From Phallusia mammillata (lineage: Eukaryota), in NCBI GenBank assembly GCA_965637545.1, contig OZ281496.1, forward strand, positions 8,494,001-8,558,000: 64,000 bases of DNA, in the 5' to 3' direction. Below the pieces are notes generated by a model, which saw nothing but the letters and a program-made list of their open reading frames with translations, made no database searches and had not been told where the DNA came from. A program made the position numbers and the translations under genes. This document shows, piece after piece, positions 50,527-61,398 of the stretch (its first letter is position 1; every line of letters begins with the position of its first letter).

Positions 50527-50654
50527 TTACGCCCTGTCATTTTGTAGCACCCACAACTCTTCACGGAAAGCCTTTGTCCTAATGTAATTATTTTTCATCG
50601 TATCCCGCTGTTTTTGTACATTTTCGCCTCTGTGCCCCCTGTATTATTCATTCA

Positions 50655-50700
50655 TTGCTGTGAAGAAGCCCTACCGTTCTGGTGGGCGAAACGTCAGCAA
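50655..50700 (+). ncRNA. Hammerhead motif with C3->G change in the core
   Basis: ttgct-GTGAAGA-a-gccctaccgttctggtgggc-GAAACGTC-agcaa. Confidence 0.7.
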
Positions 50701-50831
50701 ATACAAGTTCTTGAAACAACAACTAGTATTTTGTTTAGCATAACACCAGTTGAACGACAAATTTTGTTAAATTAAGGCTTATATTAGTTGAAAAGCGTTG
50801 TACACGTTTTAGATTTTGCTATAACTTTAAA

Positions 50832-51719
50832 ATGGAATCAAACACTTCCAATCTCACGGACATAGAAGAAAGAACGCAAGGCGCAACCAAATTTCCTCCT
50901 CTAACAATTGCTTGGCTGACGATAGACACAACTGCACTGTGTTTCACCATTTACTTGACTATTGCAATATTTGCCTATGGTTCTTCACACAACAAGTACA
51001 AAAGTGGAGATAGGAATGTACGGGTCATGTATATGTTGACAAGTGTAACTTCTATTTTAGTCACCATATACAATGTGCTTGACATATGTTTAATAAATGT
51101 GGGTTACATTCCCGGATTAACGCATGCATGTCAAACTTTATTGAAAACCATGCCTATACTTCTAGTTGTGAGTTTATGCTCAGTTTACACATTTCTGTGG
51201 TTTAAACAACGTTGCTTCTATAAAAGTCCTCTTTTGAATCACCTTTACAGAGGATGGATTAAAGTACTAAGTTGGTCATGCATTGTCTTTCTGAGTTTTG
51301 GCATGTTTGCTACTCTCATTTCATTATTGATTACACAACAAGGAGTTCGGTCATTTGGTTATGGGTGCCGAAATGTTGATGGAAAAGTGTGGCCTTTGAT
51401 AGCAGGAGTTGCATTTGATTTTGGGGGCCAGTGCTTACTTCTTTTTTTATTTCTTTATCCATTTAAATGCGCTCAGCAAGGAGTAAATCACATTGTCATG
51501 TTTCAAATGATCAAAAGGACTGCTTTTATGTCACTTTTTTGCATTTCAACCGATGTTATAGCAGTTATTGTTAATAGGTGTTCGGACGTAGAGCTGTTTG
51601 CAGTAGCAAATACTTGCAACCTATTAGCTCTTGTTTTAACTTTTGAAACGTGGAAAGATATGATAAAATATCCTCTGTCACTTTTCACAATGCGTGAAAC
51701 TGTTCATATCCAACAATGA
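50832..51719 (+). CDS. Intronless 7TM GPCR-like protein, 295 aa (intact copy 3)
   Basis: Same motifs as copies 1 and 2. Confidence 0.9.
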   Translation: MESNTSNLTDIEERTQGATKFPPLTIAWLTIDTTALCFTIYLTIAIFAYGSSHNKYKSGDRNVRVMYMLTSVTSILVTIYNVLDICLINVGYIPGLTHACQTLLKTMPILLVVSLCSVYTFLWFKQRCFYKSPLLNHLYRGWIKVLSWSCIVFLSFGMFATLISLLITQQGVRSFGYGCRNVDGKVWPLIAGVAFDFGGQCLLLFLFLYPFKCAQQGVNHIVMFQMIKRTAFMSLFCISTDVIAVIVNRCSDVELFAVANTCNLLALVLTFETWKDMIKYPLSLFTMRETVHIQQ

Positions 51720-51991
51720 ATTGTTTCTTTTTAGGACATTATTGAAAGACATTTGTATTTTTCGTTTCATTGTTTCTTAACTGTAAATCTGTTTCTTGTT
51801 TTTCGTCATTTCCAATTTTGCCATTAATTTTTTAATTCTTAAAAGTTTGTGTTTTACTGTTTTGTAACCAGATTTTGGTTGTGCGTGTGTTTTTCAGTAC
51901 AAGCTTGTGAGCAAAAACAGTTTGCAGCATTTGGTTTTATGCTGTATGAAATATAAATCTGGGATTTTTTACCTAATTTAGGTGAGAAAAA

Positions 51992-52055
51992 GGACCAGGC
52001 TCCGGTGACAGTAATGTTTCCGCGACTCACGCTTTACCAACTGAGCTACACAGGT
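51992..52055 (-). repeat. Degenerate second copy of the tRNA-like element
   Basis: Reverse complement acctgtgtagctcagttggtaaagcgtgagtcgcggaaa, preceded by the same ~70-nt leader as 19864-19954. Confidence 0.7.
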
Positions 52056-52799
52056 TCCGAATCACAAGCACCGTTGCCTGCCTCGTAAGCATATGATACC
52101 TTCGTAGTAGGGGATCGCCAGATTGATGGACTATTTTTTACATAAAGGGTATGCAATGGACGCTGTCGTTTATTCAAAATTGCTAATAATTACCATTCTT
52201 GTTTGCGGTGCCGCATCAAAGCACAATAAGAGGATTGATACGACTAAACGGTAGTTTTTTTTAACAATGATACAGTAAACCAACGGACAATAAAAACCCT
52301 TGGTATCAACGAATCAATATGTATTTCGCCTATGTGGCATCATCAGTTCCTGGAAATTGAAATACATTACGATTTTTTTTGTTTTTTTTTTATCTATAAC
52401 CGTTTTTATCTTTAAGTCTTTATAAATAAAGCAGCGATATTAAACTTTCGGCGGGAATTTAATCACCCTTTTCCCGCGAGAGATCCGTTTGTTTTTAGAT
52501 GTTGTACGACCGTACAGCACGAACATAGTTTGCTATAATCGTTGTCGAGTTCAGTTAGGTTTTGCTCTTAAACCGCATTTGAAAGTTTTCTAAAATTGCC
52601 ACATAACTCTTTACATTAAATCTTAAGACGTTCAACTTTTGGAACGTGATTCTGTTGTGAGCATTAGTTTGTATGAACGTAGATCCATAACAGGAAGCAT
52701 CTCGTAAGAGTTCATCTCTGTTCGATATTAACAAATAGTTGTACCTCTAAATAGAAGTTGCCAATTATTGCCACATTATCGGTTAAAATGCATAGAACT

Positions 52800-53450
52800 G
52801 ACATGCATGCGGTTCGTTTGATCATTTGTCACCCGGCAATGTTATTTACTCTTTGCTGAGCGCATTTAAATGGATAGAGGAAAAGAAATAAAAGTAAGCA
52901 CTGGCCTGCAAAATCAATTGCACTTCCCCCTAACAAAGGCCACGGTACAATTCCACCAACAAAAGTACACCCAAACCCATAAGACTGATATTTTTGAGTA
53001 ATCGAGTACCCAATGCAAGAAGTAAATATTCCCAAACTCAAAAAGACAATGCTCGACCAACTTAGTACTTTAATCCATCCTTTGTAAAGGTGATTTAAAA
53101 GAGAACTTTTATGGAAGCAACGTTGTTTAAACCACAGAAAGTATAAACTGTGCAAGCACTACAACCTAGCACCATGGGCATGATTATTATTAAGGTTTGA
53201 CATGTAAACGATGATCTTGGTTTGTAACCCGCAATGATAAAAGATATGTCAAGCACAGTATATATGTTCACTAAGATCGATGCTACATTTGTCAAAATAT
53301 ACATTACCCGTGCATTCCTATCTCCACTTTTGTACTTGTGTGAGGAACCATAGGAAAATATTGCAACAGTCAAGAAAATGGTAAAACATAGCGCAGTTGT
53401 GTCTATTATCAGCCAAGCAATTCTTTGTGGATGAAGTTTGGTTGCAATCT
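52800..53450 (-). pseudogene. 7TM-family gene, frameshifted and truncated at both ends
   Basis: ORF pieces 53095-53547 and 52829-53155. Confidence 0.85.
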
Positions 53451-54043
53451 CCGTTCTGACATAAACTGTTTTGAGCTCTATTACGTTAAAAATATTCGCA
53501 TCTATTTTTTTTCGGCTTAGTGATTCTTCAGTGCTATTGTGTCGCAATACATGATTCTTAAAAGCAAAACAGACTCAACTCAACTTAAGTAGTTAGAAAA
53601 CATGACGCTTGTGCACAACAGTTACGTCAGAGACACATATGCCAGTGTTGTATTGTTAAAAATTAAAACGGAAATTTAGAAACTCTCAAAGAGTTGTTTG
53701 GCTGACCGTCAACACAACTGTACCGTCTCAAGTTTATTATGAATACTCGTGAACCACCTGAAAAGTTCGTCGTACCGCTGGTGTTACGAGTACTAAAGAT
53801 TGAGAACCACTGGTTTAGGTGTATTATAGAATAAACATTAACTAAACAAACTTACTCATACGTTTCTGCATCAATACAAGTTTAAGATGAGTTGAATTAA
53901 AGTCCGAAACTTTCACCTGCGTTTGAATTTCAATCCACTATTTTTGCTAAATGTTAAAATTTATTATGTTTACTTTTTGCTGAAACTATCGTGTTGAAGG
54001 CGCCATGTCGAATTTGATCTGTCTCGTAAACATTCCCATAGAG

Positions 54044-54853
54044 CAGTGGTTCTCAAACTGTGGTACGCGTACCACTAGTGGTACGCCGGAACTTTTCAGG
54101 TGGTACGCGAGTAAAATTTTGTGATACCTAATTTAAGTTCAATTTAAAATTGCACCTCAACTGACCCGACTGATCAGCCCTGGCTTAGGCGATACTCGTG
54201 GTTTGGACAGTCTTTTGAAATTGCTAAATACGCTAAGTCGGTTCGAGAAAGTAGGCTTATTTCTAACGCTCTATTGAAACCGGGTTTAGGTCAGTGGTCT
54301 TCAACCTCAAAGGGATCCGCGAGATGGTTTCAGGGGTTCCATGAAGGCAAATATGTTTAGTATCTTTACCAACAGAAAAATATATTTAAGTTTCTCCACC
54401 GTTTTTAAAATCCTGCATACAAATGCAAACTGTTGATCACCCCTTAATTGGGCCAGAAACACTGAACATATACTTTTTGTGGTTGTTTTTCCAATTGTGA
54501 CATCATAACACACGTGGTCAAACGACTTTATAGGACAAGTGTTGTGTCAAGTTAAATAAATATAACAGAAAATGTATCAATTTGTTGTGTTGGCCGCTAC
54601 AATACAGAAACTTCTTCGAAATTAAAGGACTGTGAAGGTGAATGAAAATGCTTCAAAAGCATAATAACATATAATGCAAGAAACGAGAAACATAAAAAGA
54701 CCTGTTGGTAATTACGTTGGGGGTCCGCAGACTTAAAATTTATAAAAGGGGTCCGTGACTACAAAATGGTTAGGAACCACTGGTTTAGGTGGTACGCCGC
54801 GATAGAAAAAGTTGTCAGGTGGTACGCGATCCGTATAAGTTTGAGAAACACTG
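54044..54853. mobile_element. hAT MITE with a nested MITE at 54292-54782
   Basis: Outer TIRs cagtggttctcaaac / gtttgagaaacactg with TSD CCATAGAG; inner TSD GTTTAGGT. Confidence 0.9.
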
Positions 54854-55142
54854 CCATAGAGACTCGAAAAATATGTAAAAAGGAAGTATGGCTTTGTATA
54901 TGCTGTGATGCTCATAACTGCGGTTGACATTGTCTAGCGTTAGTTAGTTGAGCAGAAATCAGGTTGAGTTTGGCAGCGACGTTTAGGGCACTTTTTTATG
55001 TTTACTAAATACATAAGTAATTTGGCTTTTTCTGCTTTCGTAGGCCTGATTATTGAATGCATTGACATTTCGGACAGAACATTAAGTCTGATATTGTTTC
55101 AGAACCGTAGTATCCGCTTTAGAATTTGCTGAAACTTTAAGA

Positions 55143-55250
55143 TGGACTCAAACATTGCCAGTCTCACAGACATCGATGCAAGAACGAAGGGTGCAACTAA
55201 ATTTCCTGCACAAAGAATTGTTTGGCTGACTGCACAACTGCACTATGCTC
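55143..55250 (+). pseudogene. 7TM-family 5' fragment
   Basis: MDSNIASLTDIDARTKGATKFPAQRIVWL, cut off by the TIR-like cagtgccggattaacc. Confidence 0.8.
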
Positions 55251-57984
55251 AGTGCCGGATTAACCATTAGGCAAAGTAGACACGTGCCTACAGGCCAGTC
55301 AAAAATCCAGGCCACTTTAAAATCATTAGAAATTTAGATATGTTTTCAAAATAATTATGTTGTGTATAATATGTAAAGCGATCTACTCCGTAAGATTGTC
55401 CTCTGAAAACTAGTTAACGCGTTTTCAATAGCAAAAACGCGCAAAGTTGTAATTTAGTTAGGCATATGACCAAGCTTTTGCATGGCCTACCCTAAGTTAG
55501 AGTTGCAACAACGATCTTTGTGACAATGATTTGGCAACCCTGATTTTCGGGCCACTTATAAAATGTGCCTACAGGCCAGCAGACCCTTAGTCCAGTTATT
55601 CGTTTTTGAAATGCATGGTTTGTTTCTTTTAACAACGCAAGCCTAAACGTTTCCTGTCCCATCCGAGCAAACCGAGCTATATCACATCCTTCTGCCGTTC
55701 GCCTGCTATTTGAGGCGTGACGGAAATGATTGATTGTCTGTGTTATCAGAACACCATGGTTAGCAAATGGCACCATGTTGCATTACGCAACATCACACCC
55801 GCCCAGAGAGGAATTGCTCAAAGAGCAAGTCCTTTGGAATAAGTCTGATTGTCTTTGTGGCGGCGAAATTGATTCCATCCATAACAGCTTGCCAGTATGA
55901 GAAGAAAAGCTCCAATGATAGCAATCATCGGCAGTGGCTTTCCCAGGATACCGGTGGTGTCATCAAAATAGTGTTATCAACAACTGACTTGACGTCACCG
56001 AAACCAGTATTCACGACACCTTCAAGGGAGTTGATCCCTCCTGCACCAGCATTGATAAGAATGTCGTCATTTGAAAAGTTGAACAAAGTGTTGTCTGCTG
56101 CAAATACAAGCGGACGAATGGTAAAACTCAAGTCAAGTGAAATTTTGAAGATTTCCATATTACTGTTGTTTAATATCACAGACGACTAAACGTAAGGCAC
56201 CTTTGGATAACACAAACGAATATACAGAGGTGTTATCACTGGTGATTTTGCCAAGGGTGTGAAGCGAGTTCAAGCAGGGTTGAAGTGTGTTGTGTCATAG
56301 TAGTTTTCGATGAAACACGGATCAGTTCGAGAATGTTACCCTGGTGTTGATGTTTGATTTTGTCGTAAGAAATCGAGCAGACTGAAGTATTTTCCAATTG
56401 CATGTTCACAAAGCGTTGGAGCTGGCGCGCTATTGCAGCAGTGCCATCCTGCTATTCTTATTTTGCAATATTGGTTTGCTTTACTCAGATGAGAGCCTAA
56501 TTATGTGATTCAGTCTGTCTTCACGTCGACTACGTTTTGGAATTTGTTATGACGTGAAGTCAGGAGCTTTGAAACCTTTGCATTTCAAAAAAATAACCGC
56601 TTAACCAAACAAACACGAATTCGGTGACGTAAAAGAATAGTTTAAGACGAAATTGTGTAGGTTTAAAAAGTACTTTAAGTGCTTTATGGGTATTTTTTCT
56701 TTAAAAAAAAACGGGCTAGCAGGCGAACCTGTAGCATGGCGACACGACGATACAGCGATACGATGTTGACAAACAGTACAACAGCGAAGATTTACAGGAC
56801 ATTTAATGTAAAGATTTAAAATATGCGATGGATTTCTATTATTTTTTGGAATGGATCCTTGTTACACCAAAATTGTGTGGAATATTGAAAAAAACGGGTG
56901 GAAGCGGTGTAGCGCTTAGTTCAGGTAATTATCGAATCTTTAGGATACCATTCTTGAGGAAAAGCTAGCAAAAACAAAATAAAGAGTTCGGCATTAGTGT
57001 CTAAGGGAAGTGGTATGGATTCAATGAGTCTTTAGAAGGAAGATGGGTTAATCGTGGTTTAAATAAAGGTATATTGACAAACATTCGAGATGCAGTAGTT
57101 GGATAAGGAAAAGTGTCATTAGTTGGACTCCAAAAACTATACAATGAGGGAAGAACAGCCAGGCGTGGAGTCACGCGCCCTTTTCAGGGTTAAAGTTTGT
57201 TCCAGCCCGTTCCAACCGGAACGGAAATGCGCATGGCGCCATAACAGCCTGGTTCGGTACATGCAGTCTATTATACACGGTAACATTGACTTCATGGATA
57301 AGTCGCAGTTGGACTTCTCTGGTGAGATGTTTGTAGTACGATACGTTGGCTATTCTAGGGAATGAAATCTCGGAAAACTGGATCTGTTGAACAATGCTAG
57401 AGCACCATAAAATCCCTAAAATCAGCAAATTGGAAATCTGCTAAGATACAAACATAGATAATATGTGGTACCCACAGAGAATTAACACGTTTATACTGAT
57501 AATATACCCAGATTAACCACGTTAGCAACAACAAAATTAATGTATGCCAATTAGGAGTGCATACTTAGAACGAAGGGTAAAAAGAGTTAAATTGTTTTTA
57601 CCAGAGACAGGAGTTGACTACAGACTCTTATCTGTAAACTTGAGGGAAGACAGTGACGAGGAAATTGAACATACCTTTATATGTCCATGTATAAAGGCTT
57701 CTGCCGTCTTCAGCAGAGGCAGAGCAAGGTTAGCAGTTAATGCAGCAACAGAATATGCTATAGATGATTGTACTGACGCACCGACAGCACTAGAAAATGA
57801 TACACAAGATTAGTTGCATAATAAGTAAAGTGGAAGGTAGAAGGTGGCAGGTGGTGTGGGTTTAGTAGGGTTTTTATGTTAGAGTAATGTTAGTCAGAAT
57901 GAGGTTGCAAGGAAGTCGACTTTCCTTTGGATTTAGATGTTTTGCTCTAAATTGTACTTAAAAGGTCCTGCCTACTTCATCCCC

Positions 57985-59385
57985 CAGCTGCGCGAGTTTT
58001 TGCTTGAAGCAAACAGCCTTAGATTTTGGTCAAAAAATTTCAATGCACAAGCGTCTTCGGTCGTCAGAAGAAATTTTTACGTGGACGACTGTCTGACTTC
58101 GGTTGCATCTATAGAGGAAAGGGTTCAATTGACCAAACACATTTGTTGTCACGTGGAGGATTCCACTTGACAAAGTGGTTCAGTGATAACCAGAAGATTT
58201 TGTCAAAAATTCCTGAAGAAGAGAGGTCAAAGGCAGTGCGAAACAAAAGCTTGAGTGATGACTTCACAGAGAGAGTTCTTGGTGTCCACTGGAACGTGCA
58301 TGAAGATACGTTTGGATTTAAAGTCAACCTTCCTGAAACGGCGAAGACTCGAAGAGGGATTCTTTCTGCATTGAGTTCACTGTACGGCCCTCTTGGATTC
58401 GTGGCACCGTGCACGCTTGGAGCAAAATTGTTACTCCAAGGTCTGTGCAAATGTGGAGTTGGCTGGGATGACTGCATTTTGGAATCGGAAGCAACACTGT
58501 GGAGAGAATGGCTTGGGCGTTTACCGAAGCTTCATGACCTGTGTCTTCCTCGTTGTTGTAAGCACTAAGATTTCGGCGTTGTGCAAAGTTGGGAGTTACA
58601 CCACTTTGCAGATGCTTCCTCCGTGGCCTACGGAGCCGTGTACTATCTGAGGATGGTTGACGTTGGTTCGCGTGTTCATTGCGTGTTTCTTGTTGGCAAG
58701 TGCCGACTAGCGCCGCTGAAAACAGTGTCAATTCCTAGACTTGAACTGACTGCGGCGGTTTTATCCGTAAAGCTAGATGAAATGATGCGACGATAGCTTG
58801 GCTTACCAGTGCATCGGTCTGTGTTTTGGACAGACTCCACTGACGTCCTGCAGAGCATCAGAAATTCGAGGAAAAGATTCCTTACGTTCGTTGCCAATCG
58901 AATTGCAAAGATCGAAAGGCAAAGCGATCCTTCAAGCTGAAGACATGTCCCTTCAAAGCTTAATCCGGCGGTTGAGGCGTCACGCGGGTTGACGTCGGAG
59001 GCGTTAGTGACGTCCGGCCGCTGGTTGCGCGGTCCGCAGTTTTTGTTGGTATCTGAAGATCAATGGCCTGTGAGTCCGATTGTTTTACCCGACTTACCTG
59101 CTAAGTTCAGTCTCATAAAAAGGCAGGAAGTATCCATACATACGGTTGTAGAGAAGCAGTCCATTGTTGAGAGGATCATCCATCGGTACTCTTCGTTGCA
59201 TCGTTTGAAAAAGAGTATTGCATTGTTGCTTCGATATCAGAAATTTTTACTGTCGCGTGTTCGGCGGGGCAAGGCTGTGGTGGAGAATCGTGGATCTTTA
59301 TCTGTTGAAGAATTAATTGCTGCCGAACTGGAGTTGATCAAACATATGCAGCGAAAGCATCTGATTCTGTTGCCACAGCTGAATT
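57985..59385 (+). mobile_element. Decayed BEL/Pao LTR retrotransposon pol fragment (RT C-terminus, RNase H)
   Basis: [34 protein letters not shown] and [10 protein letters not shown], with stops and frameshifts. Confidence 0.9.
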
Positions 59386-60080
59386 TTGGTAGGTGGCGCA
59401 AAAAGCTGAATTATTTATTTAGCTGTCAAAAAGGTGTAGGGGCAGGAAAAAAAGTTTTAGGTTAGTTTTTTGGATTTCATTGATAATTCCATTACTCAAC
59501 TTAAAAAGCCTAACCGTTGGCATTTTTAGAGATATATCTATTTATATTTGGTTTTAGTGCTCTTTGTATCACCTGTGGGAATTTGGCTAAATGCTGGGCT
59601 ACTGTGAGGTATAGTTTCAATAGATTGTCCTCATTTTTAAGTGTTGATTTTGTTGTATACTATGTGTTATTCAGTTCGCCACAAACTTGTTTTGAGTAAA
59701 TACTAGATCAAAGGACACTGACGAAACTGTGATGTAGTTTCACTTCTCGTTTTACAATTCACCAATGGCGCCTGTTTATTAATGAGCATCCGGACATTGT
59801 TGGTTAAAAGATGAACTCTCTTCGCTTGCTTCTATCTATTGTGGGTTGGTATACAGTGGCGAAAAAGATAGCAAAGCGCAAAAAAGTGGTGAGCACAATT
59901 GGTGGATTGCTGAGCACGCTGCTGCTACACAGTATTAGAAAGCGAATACAAAAGTAATTTGTCTCCCGTTTTCAGTTGGCCTACGCCTGATTATTAAATG
60001 TATTGACTTTACAGACAGAATAGTGAGTCATTTTTTGATTGAGAACTGTAGTTATTTTTGAATTTTACTGAAACTTGAAA

Positions 60081-60962
60081 ATGGAATCAAACATTTCCAA
60101 TCTCACAGACATCGATGTAAGAACGAAGGGTGCAACCGAATTTCCTCCACAAAGAATTGCTTGGCTGATGATAGACACAACTGCACTATGTTTTACCATT
60201 TACTTGACTGTAGCAATATTTGCCTATGGTTCCTCACAGAACAAGTACAAAAGTGCAGATAACAATGCTCGGGTTGTGTATATGTTGACAAGTGTAGCGT
60301 CAATCTTAGTGAACATATACACTGTGCTTGACATCAGTTATATGAATGTTGGTTACATTGAAGGATCAACGTATGCATGTCAAACTTTAATAAAAGTCAT
60401 GCCCGTGGTGCTGGCATTTAGTCTCAGTTCAGTTTACACATTTCTGTGGTTTAAACAACGCTGCTTCTATAAAAGTTCTTTGTTGAATCACCTTTACAAT
60501 GGTTGGATTCAAGTACTAAGTTGGTCGGGCATATTCTTTTTGAATTTAGGAATATTTACTTCTTGCATTGGATATTCTATCACTCAAAGAGTTCAGTCAT
60601 TGGGGTATGGATGTAAATTTGTTGGTGGAATAATATCGTGGCCTTTGTTGGCGGGAAGTGCGATTGATATAGCAGGCCAGTGCATACTTTTATTCCTTTT
60701 CCTCTATCCATTTAAATGCGCTGAGCAAGGGGCAAATATCATTGCCGGGTTACAAATCATCAAACGAACCGCATGTATGTCAGTTCTATGTATTTCAACC
60801 GATATTGTAGCGATACTTGCTATCTTGTATCTGGAGGTACAGCTATTTACAGCAGCAATTACTTGCAACCTAGTAGCTGTTGTGTTAACGTTCGAAACGT
60901 GGAACGATATGTTAAAATACCCTCTGTCACTTTTCACAAAGCGTGAAACAGTTGATATCTAA
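60081..60962 (+). CDS. Intronless 7TM GPCR-like protein, 293 aa (intact copy 4)
   Basis: ATG at 60081; same motifs as copies 1-3. Confidence 0.9.
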   Translation: MESNISNLTDIDVRTKGATEFPPQRIAWLMIDTTALCFTIYLTVAIFAYGSSQNKYKSADNNARVVYMLTSVASILVNIYTVLDISYMNVGYIEGSTYACQTLIKVMPVVLAFSLSSVYTFLWFKQRCFYKSSLLNHLYNGWIQVLSWSGIFFLNLGIFTSCIGYSITQRVQSLGYGCKFVGGIISWPLLAGSAIDIAGQCILLFLFLYPFKCAEQGANIIAGLQIIKRTACMSVLCISTDIVAILAILYLEVQLFTAAITCNLVAVVLTFETWNDMLKYPLSLFTKRETVDI

Positions 60963-61398
60963 CAATGAATTGTTTATTTTTTATTGCATTATTGTAAGTC
61001 CACATTAACTAATTGCTTGTTTTCATGCACCCTAGTTTTGTATTATAGTTTTCTGTCGGTTAGTTTTTTCTCTTCCAATGGTCTATTGTCGTGTTGTGCT
61101 ATATTTTTTTATTTTAGACGTTTTCGGTTTCCAAAAATTAAATTGCACAAACTTTCAAGTATTTTTGATGTTCGGTGCGAACAACGTTCCACAGTAGTGT
61201 TGGTAAATTATAGTATTGAGTTAAGGGGATGATCAAATAAACTTTACTGAAAACTTGATTTGAAACTAACTAAATGAAACTAATGGCCTTCGTAACCTGC
61301 TTAGCAACACCGTGCTTATGTTGGTAAACTTGCGTATAGCGTATAGATCGTGATAAAGATCAGCCTCGTCTGGATCTCTGATGATTAGTTGATTGAAG

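Larger units (their letters stand above)
49787..50765 (+). mobile_element. 5'-truncated Penelope-like element with an inverted 5' segment
   Basis: 49787-49872 is the reverse complement of ~50458-50550; the body encodes the RT C-terminus and GIY-YIG; the 3' tail carries a hammerhead motif. Confidence 0.88.

Noticed and set aside
55590-56730. Two short inverted matches (tagcaggcgaac; gcatttcaaaaa) flanking the env-like region as terminal repeats
   Set aside because: They are not colinear between the two sides, so they do not form an ITR pair.
3151-60937. Numerous short antisense ORFs over pol, transposase and 7TM genes
   Set aside because: They are shadow frames of real coding sequence.
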